DNA of 64,000 nucleotides from TPA_inf: Saccharomyces (lineage: Eukaryota): the NCBI GenBank assembly GCA_000146045.2, contig BK006943.2, forward strand, positions 576,001 to 640,000. The letters are read 5' to 3'. The position numbers and the translations under genes were made by a program. Under the pieces are notes generated by a model. It did no database searches and was not told where the DNA came from. It was given only the letters and a program-made list of their open reading frames with translations. Positions 33,773 to 44,753 of the stretch are shown in pieces; positions within the stretch are counted from its first letter, which is position 1, and every line of letters begins with the position of its first letter.

Positions 33773-34741
33773 ATGTCTCAAAAAAAGAAGGCTTCCCATC
33801 CAGCCATCAATCTCATGGCTGGCGGCACAGCAGGTTTATTTGAAGCATTGTGTTGTCATCCTTTAGATACAATTAAGGTGAGAATGCAAATATACAGACG
33901 GGTAGCTGGTATTGAACATGTTAAACCCCCAGGATTTATTAAAACTGGGCGTACCATTTATCAAAAAGAAGGTTTCTTGGCTCTGTATAAAGGTCTAGGT
34001 GCTGTGGTCATCGGTATTATACCTAAGATGGCAATCCGTTTCTCGTCTTATGAATTCTATAGAACCTTATTGGTTAACAAGGAATCAGGAATTGTGTCTA
34101 CCGGTAATACTTTTGTTGCTGGTGTTGGGGCTGGTATCACCGAAGCTGTTCTTGTCGTGAACCCGATGGAAGTTGTAAAGATTAGGTTACAAGCTCAGCA
34201 TTTAACTCCGAGTGAGCCAAATGCTGGTCCTAAATATAACAACGCCATTCATGCAGCCTACACTATTGTCAAAGAAGAAGGTGTTTCTGCCTTATATAGA
34301 GGCGTTTCCTTAACTGCGGCAAGGCAAGCAACTAATCAGGGTGCTAACTTCACAGTTTATTCTAAACTGAAGGAGTTTTTGCAGAATTACCATCAGATGG
34401 ATGTCCTACCTTCATGGGAAACTTCTTGCATAGGTTTGATTTCGGGTGCTATTGGGCCGTTTTCCAACGCTCCATTGGATACTATAAAGACAAGGCTGCA
34501 AAAGGATAAGTCCATCTCATTGGAAAAACAGTCCGGTATGAAGAAAATCATAACCATTGGTGCTCAACTACTGAAAGAAGAAGGTTTTAGAGCTTTGTAC
34601 AAGGGTATTACCCCAAGAGTGATGAGGGTGGCTCCAGGTCAGGCTGTCACCTTTACCGTTTATGAATATGTAAGGGAGCATTTAGAAAATTTGGGTATAT
34701 TCAAGAAGAATGACACACCAAAGCCAAAGCCATTAAAGTAG
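33773..34741 (+). CDS. SFC1: Mitochondrial succinate-fumarate carrier (mitochondrial carrier family), 322 aa
   Basis: ATG ORF MSQKKKASHPAINLMAGGTAGLFEALCCHPLDTIKVRMQ... with three MCF repeats (PxD/ExxK/R). Confidence 0.9.
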   Translation: MSQKKKASHPAINLMAGGTAGLFEALCCHPLDTIKVRMQIYRRVAGIEHVKPPGFIKTGRTIYQKEGFLALYKGLGAVVIGIIPKMAIRFSSYEFYRTLLVNKESGIVSTGNTFVAGVGAGITEAVLVVNPMEVVKIRLQAQHLTPSEPNAGPKYNNAIHAAYTIVKEEGVSALYRGVSLTAARQATNQGANFTVYSKLKEFLQNYHQMDVLPSWETSCIGLISGAIGPFSNAPLDTIKTRLQKDKSISLEKQSGMKKIITIGAQLLKEEGFRALYKGITPRVMRVAPGQAVTFTVYEYVREHLENLGIFKKNDTPKPKPLK

Positions 34742-35194
34742 ATGATGAACAATGGGACTACAAAATGAAATAAAGAAAAAATAGAAATAGGCTAGAAGAT
34801 CAATTATTAATCGCCCTATTCTTCCTTATTACCTACACAAAATAAAGCAGCAACATAAGAAACAAAAACAAAATGAAAACAAACCAAATAAATCTATGTA
34901 AGCATACTCATTTCAATTTGATATTCATTACTTGACTTTTTTGTCCTTATTTGAGGCTCCATAAGCGCGCCATTTTTCCCTACTCCCTTTTTTCGTAAAT
35001 AGTAATAATGTGCTGAAAAGAACAATGAAGTAGTTATCATACATATTCCGTCGTGTCGATATGAGGGGAGGTGTCTCTTTCTTTCATCCCTTGTCGCAAC
35101 CTCCAATATATAAGAGCATAAGCAACTGATCTTACTTTAGTAATTAACTTAGCATACCTAGCCCGAAGGAAGAAAAAAAATTCACCTCAACAAC

Positions 35195-36043
35195 ATGGTT
35201 CCTAAGTTTTACAAACTTTCAAACGGCTTCAAAATCCCAAGCATTGCTTTGGGAACCTACGATATTCCAAGATCGCAAACAGCCGAAATTGTGTATGAAG
35301 GTGTCAAGTGCGGCTACCGTCATTTCGATACTGCTGTTCTTTATGGTAATGAGAAGGAAGTTGGCGATGGTATCATTAAATGGTTGAACGAAGATCCAGG
35401 GAACCATAAACGTGAGGAAATCTTCTACACTACTAAATTATGGAATTCGCAAAACGGATATAAAAGAGCTAAAGCTGCCATTCGGCAATGTTTGAATGAA
35501 GTCTCGGGCTTGCAATACATCGATCTTCTTTTGATTCATTCGCCACTGGAAGGTTCTAAATTAAGGTTGGAAACTTGGCGCGCCATGCAAGAAGCGGTTG
35601 ATGAAGGATTGGTTAAGTCTATAGGGGTTTCCAACTATGGGAAAAAGCACATTGATGAACTTTTGAACTGGCCAGAACTGAAGCACAAGCCAGTGGTCAA
35701 CCAAATCGAGATATCACCTTGGATTATGAGACAAGAATTAGCAGATTACTGTAAATCTAAAGGTCTCGTCGTCGAAGCCTTTGCCCCATTGTGTCACGGC
35801 TACAAAATGACTAATCCAGATTTATTAAAAGTTTGCAAAGAGGTGGACCGTAATCCAGGTCAAGTTTTGATTCGTTGGTCTTTACAACACGGTTATTTAC
35901 CACTACCGAAGACTAAAACTGTGAAGAGGTTAGAAGGTAACCTTGCAGCCTACAACTTTGAACTGTCAGACGAACAGATGAAATTTCTTGATCATCCTGA
36001 TGCTTATGAGCCTACCGATTGGGAATGCACAGACGCGCCATAA
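35195..36043 (+). CDS. Aldo-keto reductase (NADPH-dependent xylose/arabinose-type reductase), 282 aa; ORF YJR096W
   Basis: ATG ORF MVPKFYKLSNGFKIPSIALGTYDIPRSQTAEIVYEGVKCGYRHFDTAVLYGNEKEVG... AKR catalytic tetrad context (D..Y..K..H). Confidence 0.9.
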   Translation: MVPKFYKLSNGFKIPSIALGTYDIPRSQTAEIVYEGVKCGYRHFDTAVLYGNEKEVGDGIIKWLNEDPGNHKREEIFYTTKLWNSQNGYKRAKAAIRQCLNEVSGLQYIDLLLIHSPLEGSKLRLETWRAMQEAVDEGLVKSIGVSNYGKKHIDELLNWPELKHKPVVNQIEISPWIMRQELADYCKSKGLVVEAFAPLCHGYKMTNPDLLKVCKEVDRNPGQVLIRWSLQHGYLPLPKTKTVKRLEGNLAAYNFELSDEQMKFLDHPDAYEPTDWECTDAP

Positions 36044-36412
36044 AAAGAAAATGCGAACCGTAGAATAACGTATATAGAACATATAATTAGTTTACGTTTC
36101 ACAAAGTATTAATATTACATGTAGCTTTTTCAGGACTTTCGATCTAAATCAAAGATTAAAGGAGCTGCTAGAGGTAGAAAAGGAAATCATTGACTTTTCT
36201 TGAAGATTTATGAGCGGGTAACTGGAGATGGAAATTTTCAGAAAAATTGTAAATGGATGCGATGACTTCGATGTGACGTTACTAGTCTTACCATTGTAAA
36301 AACCACTATCGGTGCCAAAAGATAAGCGCAATCAACTAAGAAATTTACCACGCTCTTTGTATTGTATTTATCTCCAATTTAATCTTTCTTTTGGTGTGAA
36401 AATTTAGCGAAA

Positions 36413-36931
36413 ATGTCATTGGTGAATTCGTTAACACACTACGAAATTTTAAGAATTCCATCGGATGCAACACAAGATGAAATCAAAAAGGCATATAGGA
36501 ATCGGTTACTAAATACGCACCCCGATAAACTTTCTAAAAGCATACATGATACGGTTAGCAACGTCACAATCAATAAGATTCAAGATGCTTATAAAATACT
36601 ATCGAATATAAAAACTCGTCGCGAATATGATAGGTTGATCCTTGAAAACTATAAACGCCAAGGATTTCATAATTGTGGTGATGGGCTGGATGAATTTTCC
36701 TTAGACGATTTCTCATTTGATGAAGATAAGCTGGAGTTTATGATGAATTGTCCTCGCTGTCAATTTGTTGGTGGTTTTCATTTTAGTGAGAGTTTGTTAG
36801 ATGAATGCATTGATAATGTAGACGCTATGGAACGGAGTCATTCTGGTTATCAATTATTAACCCAATGTAGCGCATGCAGCTTATGGCTGAAGGTTAATTT
36901 TGACATCGAGGAAGAGCAAGAAGGACAATAA
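36413..36931 (+). CDS. JJJ3: J-domain + CSL zinc-finger protein (diphthamide biosynthesis Dph4), 172 aa
   Basis: [46 protein letters not shown]... (HPD motif) and C-terminal CxxC...CxxC CSL finger. Confidence 0.85.
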
Positions 36932-37185
36932 TGAAAATGGGAGGGGAAATTGAGCATATCAGATAAATCTGTTTATAGAATTATTATTTTACTTCGTGGG
37001 AAATCGAATGGTGTATATAAAAGAGGTTGTAAAATTGACGAAATAAATAGTATTTAGGCAACTAAAGATAAAAAAATATTATTTATTTTTATTCGCGGTG
37101 CGTTGCCAGATTTTTTTTGACATGCGGAATTTTGGTAAAAAGAAAAATGCAGATATGAATAGTAAACAAAGGAATAAAAAGCCTT

Positions 37186-39156
37186 TCATGAAGAAGTTCG
37201 TGTTCGAGATCTTCTTCCTTCTTTTTCGCTGTCGACGATAGATATGAATGCTTTTGCCATTGATTTCAAATCCGTCATTAAGCTAACATGACCTGAAGAA
37301 CTGGCGATTTTACAAACAACTGGAAAGCCTCTCTGTTCAGGCAATAACCATTTATGGTGAACAACACCGTCGCCCGGACCATAGTAAAAATCTTCATAAT
37401 TCCCATCTTTTATATCTTGTATACCGTTCACTTTAGCACCTCTAACAGTGGGAACCTTGTTACCGTAAACCATGGCCAATGGAGGATATTCTTTGTTCGG
37501 GTCGTAATCTAAGCTATCCAAATAATTCTTTGTACGTTTTAAAGTTCTCGCTAAATATTCACAGCTATCTTCATAAGATGTATGGAAGACTTCATCGAAA
37601 GGCACATCCCTTGGTACCTGTTTATTATTGCCGGCTACATTCCTAACAACAGGTGCATTTAGGACAAACTTGGTAGTTGCGTTTAGGGTAGCTTTAAGCG
37701 AAAGCGCTGATTTCGTTTTCCTTGGTAATAATTTTGATTTTTCGTGAGCTGATTCCTCTCTTTTCTCATTGACGAGAGGTGACAAGCCAAGGGTTTTCCA
37801 AACATCTGTATCAAAAAAATCGAAATCATACCTCTCTAAGGTAATTTTGTCAACAAAACATCTACCATCTAACGGTAGAAAATAGAAACTACTTCTCATA
37901 AAAAAGTTGGTTTCTTTAGTGAAAATAGTTTTATTCCACATCACATCATCTCCAAACCTAATAGGACCTAAAATATTTGGACATTGGCTTGGGGAACCCA
38001 CGTAAATAATACCTCTTATCAAATGAGTACAGTCTTGCAACACTTTATGTGCGACCAATCCGCCCATTGAATGGGCAATGATGTATATTCCCTTCTTATT
38101 TTTTTGCTTATTGTAAATTTCCTCTAGTTTAGTCGTTAAATGCTTGGCAGATATGTCCAAGGATAATCTCCAATCATAGCCAAACTGCTGAACATTTAAA
38201 TTAGGATTTGCGTCTAGCCTCTTTATCAACCTCTTAGAGATATCAACAGGCCCTATATGTGTTAGCATTCCATCAGGGACAATCTCCTTCTGAGTTTTAA
38301 GTTCATCTTCGTCATTAGGTCCGATCAATAAATCGACTTTCGTCATATTCAAACCTGCCTTTAATGGGATCCAAATTCGCTTATGAGTAGTAGCATCCCT
38401 TAGCACACTACCTCGATATCCACCCATTATAACGACATCTCCTTCCAATTCATTCCATATAGATTCTAAACGCGAACGGTAATATCCGTCATGAGTTTTG
38501 TCGAATGGGTCTGCTGTTATTTGCTTAATGGAGTTCTTCAAGGCATCCATTTCCAAAGATTCTTTAACAGCCCTTAACCTTGAATTATCAATGCCCCTTT
38601 CGTATTTAAATAATTCTATCTCTTCCAAGGAAGAAATGGAGGTTGATTTTTTCAGTTTTTGCTTGATCTCATTCTTTCTTAGATTCTTTTTGATGAACTC
38701 ATCTGGAGTCTTGGGAAGCACAGTTTTAATTATGGCTAATGGTGAACTTGATCGGAAATTTGTATTACCAAATGGTAAGGAAAAGGAGAAAGTTTTATGA
38801 GAGCTGTCATAGTTCCCGTCATGCGAATAAGAAATAATTTCATCGAGATCTTCATCATCAGCGTCAAGAGAAATGGCACTCGCTTGCTTCTCTTCTAAAT
38901 TATGATAGTTATTGGGCCCAGTTGTTTCCTTCTTTCTTCCCCTTTGTTCACTATCGCTGTCTTTTTCTACTTTATTGCTTATAACTCTTGCACCTCCAAT
39001 CAAGGTATCCACTTTCTCCATTGTATCCAATTCACCTTCGCTTTCATTTACGGAAAAAAAGCTTACATCACTACCACTATCACTTGAATCAGAAAGACAT
39101 TGCTTGTTATATTTATCATTATCGGAAATAAGATCAGTAGCCGGAGTTGCCATCAT
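37186..39156 (-). CDS. Uncharacterised alpha/beta-hydrolase, LCAT/PGAP1-like putative lipase with GxSxG (AHSMG) nucleophile elbow, 656 aa; ORF YJR098C
   Basis: ATG ORF MMATPATDLISDNDKYNKQCLSDSSDSGSD... AHSMG encoded at 38062-38076 (minus strand). Confidence 0.85.
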   Translation of the reverse strand: MMATPATDLISDNDKYNKQCLSDSSDSGSDVSFFSVNESEGELDTMEKVDTLIGGARVISNKVEKDSDSEQRGRKKETTGPNNYHNLEEKQASAISLDADDEDLDEIISYSHDGNYDSSHKTFSFSLPFGNTNFRSSSPLAIIKTVLPKTPDEFIKKNLRKNEIKQKLKKSTSISSLEEIELFKYERGIDNSRLRAVKESLEMDALKNSIKQITADPFDKTHDGYYRSRLESIWNELEGDVVIMGGYRGSVLRDATTHKRIWIPLKAGLNMTKVDLLIGPNDEDELKTQKEIVPDGMLTHIGPVDISKRLIKRLDANPNLNVQQFGYDWRLSLDISAKHLTTKLEEIYNKQKNKKGIYIIAHSMGGLVAHKVLQDCTHLIRGIIYVGSPSQCPNILGPIRFGDDVMWNKTIFTKETNFFMRSSFYFLPLDGRCFVDKITLERYDFDFFDTDVWKTLGLSPLVNEKREESAHEKSKLLPRKTKSALSLKATLNATTKFVLNAPVVRNVAGNNKQVPRDVPFDEVFHTSYEDSCEYLARTLKRTKNYLDSLDYDPNKEYPPLAMVYGNKVPTVRGAKVNGIQDIKDGNYEDFYYGPGDGVVHHKWLLPEQRGFPVVCKIASSSGHVSLMTDLKSMAKAFISIVDSEKEGRRSRTRTSS

Positions 39157-39575
39157 TGTAATACTCCCCAGTTAACCTCTACAAGTTGATTCTTTTACGT
39201 ATCACCAAAATAGGCAGGCTATTCTTACCCAGTCCTTTCTTTTTAAGGGCGTCATAGAGTTGTAAGCATTTTTTGAGAATGCAGTGATGAGCTATTAACT
39301 TCTCAAAACTTCCTGACGTTTTATTACCCGGATTGAAGTACCTTGTATTCTTGGAGATGTCTGTGGTCGAGTTAGGAAGTGTGAACATGCCTATCAACGC
39401 CCCAAAAACCAGTGCAGATAATGATCTGGAACAATTTTTCCGTGTTTTAAACTTCCTCAGTAGAAGTATTTTTATTTAGTCGACTATAAAGGTGGAAGTC
39501 CATACTTAAGAGATATTAAGGGTATTTTGATCAACAAGTAAGTAACAATCGTTATAAAAATACAATAGCAAAAGT

Positions 39576-40286
39576 ATGAGCGGAGAAAATCGTGCTGTGG
39601 TGCCGATTGAATCAAACCCTGAAGTTTTTACAAATTTTGCACATAAATTAGGTTTAAAAAATGAATGGGCGTATTTCGATATCTATAGCTTAACAGAGCC
39701 AGAGTTACTAGCATTCTTACCAAGGCCAGTGAAGGCCATTGTGCTGCTATTTCCGATAAACGAGGATAGAAAATCGAGTACCAGTCAACAAATTACAAGT
39801 TCTTATGATGTTATATGGTTTAAGCAATCAGTCAAAAATGCGTGCGGATTGTATGCAATTCTTCATTCTTTGAGCAATAACCAGTCATTGTTGGAGCCCG
39901 GCTCCGACTTGGACAATTTTTTAAAATCTCAAAGTGATACTTCAAGCTCGAAGAATAGGTTTGATGATGTTACTACCGACCAATTCGTCTTGAATGTAAT
40001 AAAAGAGAATGTACAAACATTTTCTACTGGCCAGTCAGAAGCACCAGAAGCAACTGCAGATACTAATCTACACTATATCACATATGTGGAAGAGAACGGA
40101 GGGATATTTGAACTGGATGGAAGGAATTTGAGCGGACCCCTCTATTTGGGAAAGAGTGACCCAACTGCCACCGATTTGATTGAACAGGAATTAGTTAGAG
40201 TGAGAGTCGCCTCATATATGGAAAATGCAAATGAAGAAGATGTATTAAACTTTGCTATGCTAGGATTGGGCCCTAATTGGGAATAA
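39576..40286 (+). CDS. YUH1: Ubiquitin C-terminal hydrolase (UCH family, Rub1/Ub hydrolase), 236 aa
   Basis: ATG ORF MSGENRAVVPIESNPEVFTNFAHKLGLKNEWAYFDIYSL... with UCH catalytic Cys context (QSVKNACGLYAILHS). Confidence 0.9.
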   Translation: MSGENRAVVPIESNPEVFTNFAHKLGLKNEWAYFDIYSLTEPELLAFLPRPVKAIVLLFPINEDRKSSTSQQITSSYDVIWFKQSVKNACGLYAILHSLSNNQSLLEPGSDLDNFLKSQSDTSSSKNRFDDVTTDQFVLNVIKENVQTFSTGQSEAPEATADTNLHYITYVEENGGIFELDGRNLSGPLYLGKSDPTATDLIEQELVRVRVASYMENANEEDVLNFAMLGLGPNWE

Positions 40287-40350
40287 TAATTGTTTTATTA
40301 CTGCGTAGTCAAATATGTATTTACAGAATTCTTTTAAATATATAATTCAC

Positions 40351-41334
40351 CTACTCATCATAGCCACCGCCAAAAGAAAGGAAACCTCCAGTTTGTCTGG
40401 AATGTCTCGAAAAATAATCGAAATCGATGGACACAGCGTTTGCTAATAACACGGCCCTTTGATCCAAAGTTAGTACTTGAGAACTTAGCATCTCAGTAGG
40501 ATAAATATTATCAAAGCATCTCTGCGAATCAAATCTAACAACATAAACACCAGTATCGGTAAACATTTCTCTTCCTAAACCAACCCAATTTCTGTCTACA
40601 CTCGCCATTATCTTACCATCAGCATCTGTTACAGGAAAATCAAATGATAAGAAAGGTGCATCTATCTTACCAAATTGGTCAAAAGTGGATCCTTCTACTC
40701 CATCTTTCTGGAATAATTCGTAACGACGCCTCCAGAGATGCCAGTTCTGAATGGTCTCTCCTACTGTCGTTCCTTCTTTACCGTCGTGATAGTGAGTGGA
40801 GTCACTGCCATTATCAACATACGCGGAAGGAGGTATGATAGTCTTTATATGAGAATTGATGAACGAAAAGGGCCTTTTAATCGTCATTATTACATTTCCC
40901 CAATTATCAAAGACATCTACCAAAAAAGGACGATGTAGACGATAAAACTGCCGCATTATGGCCTTTGTTATAGAAAAATCTCTTTCCATCATTGATGCTA
41001 TTTTGTTTCCGTTCACATCCATTATGGCATACCTATTAGCCTGCTCGAAACCTAGAAAAACGTTCATAAATTCTATTTGCCTTTCGATAATAACTGTCGG
41101 TTCATTAAGTATCGTAGTAGCTATAGGATCATGTACTTTTATTATCCCGCTATTGCTATTTTCTTTAAATGCTTTTACTGATGGCGCCTTCGTTATTTGG
41201 TTCTTTTCACGAATTACTCTCCTAAATGGACCGTTTCTGATTACTTTACCAGAAGAAACCGTTAATGTTTTACTCAGTGTACTGAAATTTCTCATACATG
41301 ATCGGTAAGTTAGAAATATTGCCGTTCTATGCAT
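40351..41334 (-). CDS. AIM25: Phospholipid-scramblase-family mitochondrial protein, 327 aa
   Basis: ATG ORF MHRTAIFLTYRSCMRNFSTLSKTLTVSSGKVIRNGPFRR... Matches YJR100C. Confidence 0.85.
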   Translation of the reverse strand: MHRTAIFLTYRSCMRNFSTLSKTLTVSSGKVIRNGPFRRVIREKNQITKAPSVKAFKENSNSGIIKVHDPIATTILNEPTVIIERQIEFMNVFLGFEQANRYAIMDVNGNKIASMMERDFSITKAIMRQFYRLHRPFLVDVFDNWGNVIMTIKRPFSFINSHIKTIIPPSAYVDNGSDSTHYHDGKEGTTVGETIQNWHLWRRRYELFQKDGVEGSTFDQFGKIDAPFLSFDFPVTDADGKIMASVDRNWVGLGREMFTDTGVYVVRFDSQRCFDNIYPTEMLSSQVLTLDQRAVLLANAVSIDFDYFSRHSRQTGGFLSFGGGYDE

Positions 41335-41919
41335 GTCGGTGTTATCCTTTATGTTTGACCTTTAATCTTCTTTTGTTTTGTCTTTTTTCATTTCGTACTT
41401 TTCAAATCCTTATTGCCGGTAGGCTTACAAACTTGAATGAAGTATATAACGAAGTCAATGAAACCTCTCCCATACTAGGTTCGGAACCTGTTAAGGGGAA
41501 CAAGACCGCGCACTTGTTATGAAAATTCTTCCTATAACTATATTGAAAGCTATTTTTCCACATCGGCAGACAAACGACTGTCCAGACTTAGTAAAGCTCT
41601 TGGTCGATTTTGTACATTGCCTTTCCTTTACAGCTCCAAGATATTATATATATTTTTGACAAGGTAATCAATTGCCCCACAAATCTTCCATATAAAAACC
41701 TATATATGCTATTAACCGAATGGCAATTCCCTCTATCTCATATCTCACCTCTACAGTAATCCTTCCGTGGTATCTGGTCTATAGAAATGGGTACTGTTTC
41801 ATTTAAACGTGTTATCACTTGATCCAATGGTTACCATCTGACTTTGGCATCAATCCCTTCTTAAAAAGTAACCAATCAATGATATGCGATTGTTTATGAA
41901 GTCCATTCAACAAACAATG

Positions 41920-42019
41920 GGAGTTTGGCCGAGTGGTTTAAGGCGTCAGATTTAGGTGGATTTAACCTCTAAAATCTCTGATATCTTCGGATGCAAGGGT
42001 TCGAATCCCTTAGCTCTCA
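41920..42019 (+). tRNA. tL(UAG)J: tRNA-Leu (anticodon UAG) with a 19-nt intron (41957-41975) immediately 3' of anticodon position 37; mature length 81 nt
   Basis: GGAGTTTGGCCGAGTGGTTTAAGGCGTCAGATTTAGG[tggatttaacctctaaaat]CTCTGATATCTTCGGATGCAAGGGTTCGAATCCCTTAGCTCTCA. Anticodon stem TCAGA/TCTGA forms only after intron removal. Long variable arm. B-box GGTTCGAATCC. Followed by a T-run. Confidence 0.9.
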
Positions 42020-42042
42020 TTATTTTTTGTATTTTTTTTTTT
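42020..42042 (+). terminator. RNA polymerase III terminator (T6 then T11) directly after the tRNA-Leu
   Basis: ttattttttgtattttttttttt immediately 3' of the discriminator base. Confidence 0.6.
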
Positions 42043-42188
42043 CACTTCCCATCTTTCCAAGAATCTTAGGAGAGGTGCCGCAGTACTTTTTTGGACTGAG
42101 CAAGAAGTATCGCAAAGCATGGAAAAGTAAGAAGGGTATAGCAAAAGTCTTTTCACAATAAGAGGATATTTTGCAGGCAAATTTCTGA

Positions 42189-43034
<846 letters not shown>

Positions 43035-43156
43035 TGAAAAGAAAGGAAGCGATAGCCTCTTACCCTCATATGTAATTATAAAGGTATCGGGTAGAAGGGG
43101 ATCTACCAAAATCTTATATACTGTAAATAGTTTTATTTTATCCTCTCGCTCGTGTT

Positions 43157-43765
43157 TTAAACAACCTTAATGGCAATTACTTTATCATTTTCATCTTTCA
43201 GCATTGTGGCCCTATTTCTATCGCATAGGGGCTTCAAACAATAATAGAGCAAGCTTTCGGGCATTCTATGGAACTCCCAATTGACTGTTTCATCACCTTC
43301 ACTCAATTCGTATAACGTAATGACTTGATTCAGTTTTCCAGAGTCTTCGAACCACTGTAGTATCAAAGAAGCCCAACTGTCTAAGCTCTTCCATAATATA
43401 AAATATCTCGTAGTGGTGGTATTGCTGCTTCTCCTACCACTTTGGTCAATCGGTAAGCATTTGCCTTCTTTGGTCATTTGCGACCAAATTTCATCAATAA
43501 ATACCTGTGATACAGATCTTTGGATGTCCTCATTATTAAAAAGATTTTTCGAGATTTTTTTTGAATCGTCATTATCTGTACTTCCACTATCTAGTTCGTT
43601 GTCATTGATTACAGTCCCGTCAACAGACATGTACCAAATTTTCTTGGTCTTGCAATATTGTGATATGATGTCTATCCACGTACTTATCTGTTGTCTCCTT
43701 GTTAAAGAATTGGGTTGACGGGTATATAGTGGAGGGAATGAGTATACTGGAGGTAATGCAGACAT
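43157..43765 (-). CDS. VPS25: ESCRT-II subunit Vps25, 202 aa
   Basis: ATG ORF MSALPPVYSFPPLYTRQPNSLTRRQQISTWIDIISQYCKTKKIWYMSVDG... Confidence 0.85.
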   Translation of the reverse strand: MSALPPVYSFPPLYTRQPNSLTRRQQISTWIDIISQYCKTKKIWYMSVDGTVINDNELDSGSTDNDDSKKISKNLFNNEDIQRSVSQVFIDEIWSQMTKEGKCLPIDQSGRRSSNTTTTRYFILWKSLDSWASLILQWFEDSGKLNQVITLYELSEGDETVNWEFHRMPESLLYYCLKPLCDRNRATMLKDENDKVIAIKVV

Positions 43766-44753
43766 AATACACTTGCTATATTAGCGCAACAAGAATAATT
43801 CTGAGTGATGCTTTGAATTCAAATGGTTTAGTTGAGAAAATGTTAAAGAAATAACTGGACAAGCGAACTGCCTGCAAAAATTTTTGACAACCTTTCTGAT
43901 ATGCTTAACTTTTATGAATTAGGTATTTTTCTTAAGGGACAACAAATCCAGAAGAACGAAATTATTTGAGGAACCAGTTAAAAAGGTTATTTAACGAACA
44001 CTATTAATGCAAAAAAATCTCTTGTACATGTTCATTACTCTATTCATGGGGTGTAATCATTTGTAGGCACAAAATGCAGACTCTTCAGTAGAAAGGAGCA
44101 AGTTCGATGAACAGTCCTTAGCTAACGCAAATATCTAAAAAAATATTCATATGAAGACTCTTTCTATCTACTATAGTTTACAAATATAATACTGTATATA
44201 AGACCATTTATTGGCTTAAAAGATTTTAACCAAGAGCAATCCTATGGAACGTTCTGTCCCACTTCACTCAAGTTTTTGAAAGGGTAAAAATTAAAAAAAT
44301 TATAGAATTAACAGTAAAATGTGCTACGTTCCAAAAAAAAAAAATATGCACTATAGTATATTACTACATGTAATACTTCGGTCAAATACACTGGGAGTAA
44401 GTGAAAATAGAGATTGTTATCTCCATTAGTTTCTTCACATTCAATAACTACTTTTTCCGTATGAGGCGCTTACCTCATCAAAATGAAGAAAAAAAAAAGT
44501 ATATAAGCAGCGTGATTGTCCGATCGAAATCTTTCATTTCTCACCCTCTCTCTCTTTAAACAGTCGCCCACACGTTCCCTCTTTTTTTTTTTCGATTGTT
44601 TTAGTTCCCCCCCTGCCTTTTCTTCTTTATCTTGTCCTTTTTAGTTTATCACATTTTTTTTGTTTTTGAGTATTTATCTTGTATCTAACTGTCTATCTGA
44701 CTAGGAATCAATTTGTAAAGTTCTAAAAAAAAATTTAAAGGCGGCTATTGAAA

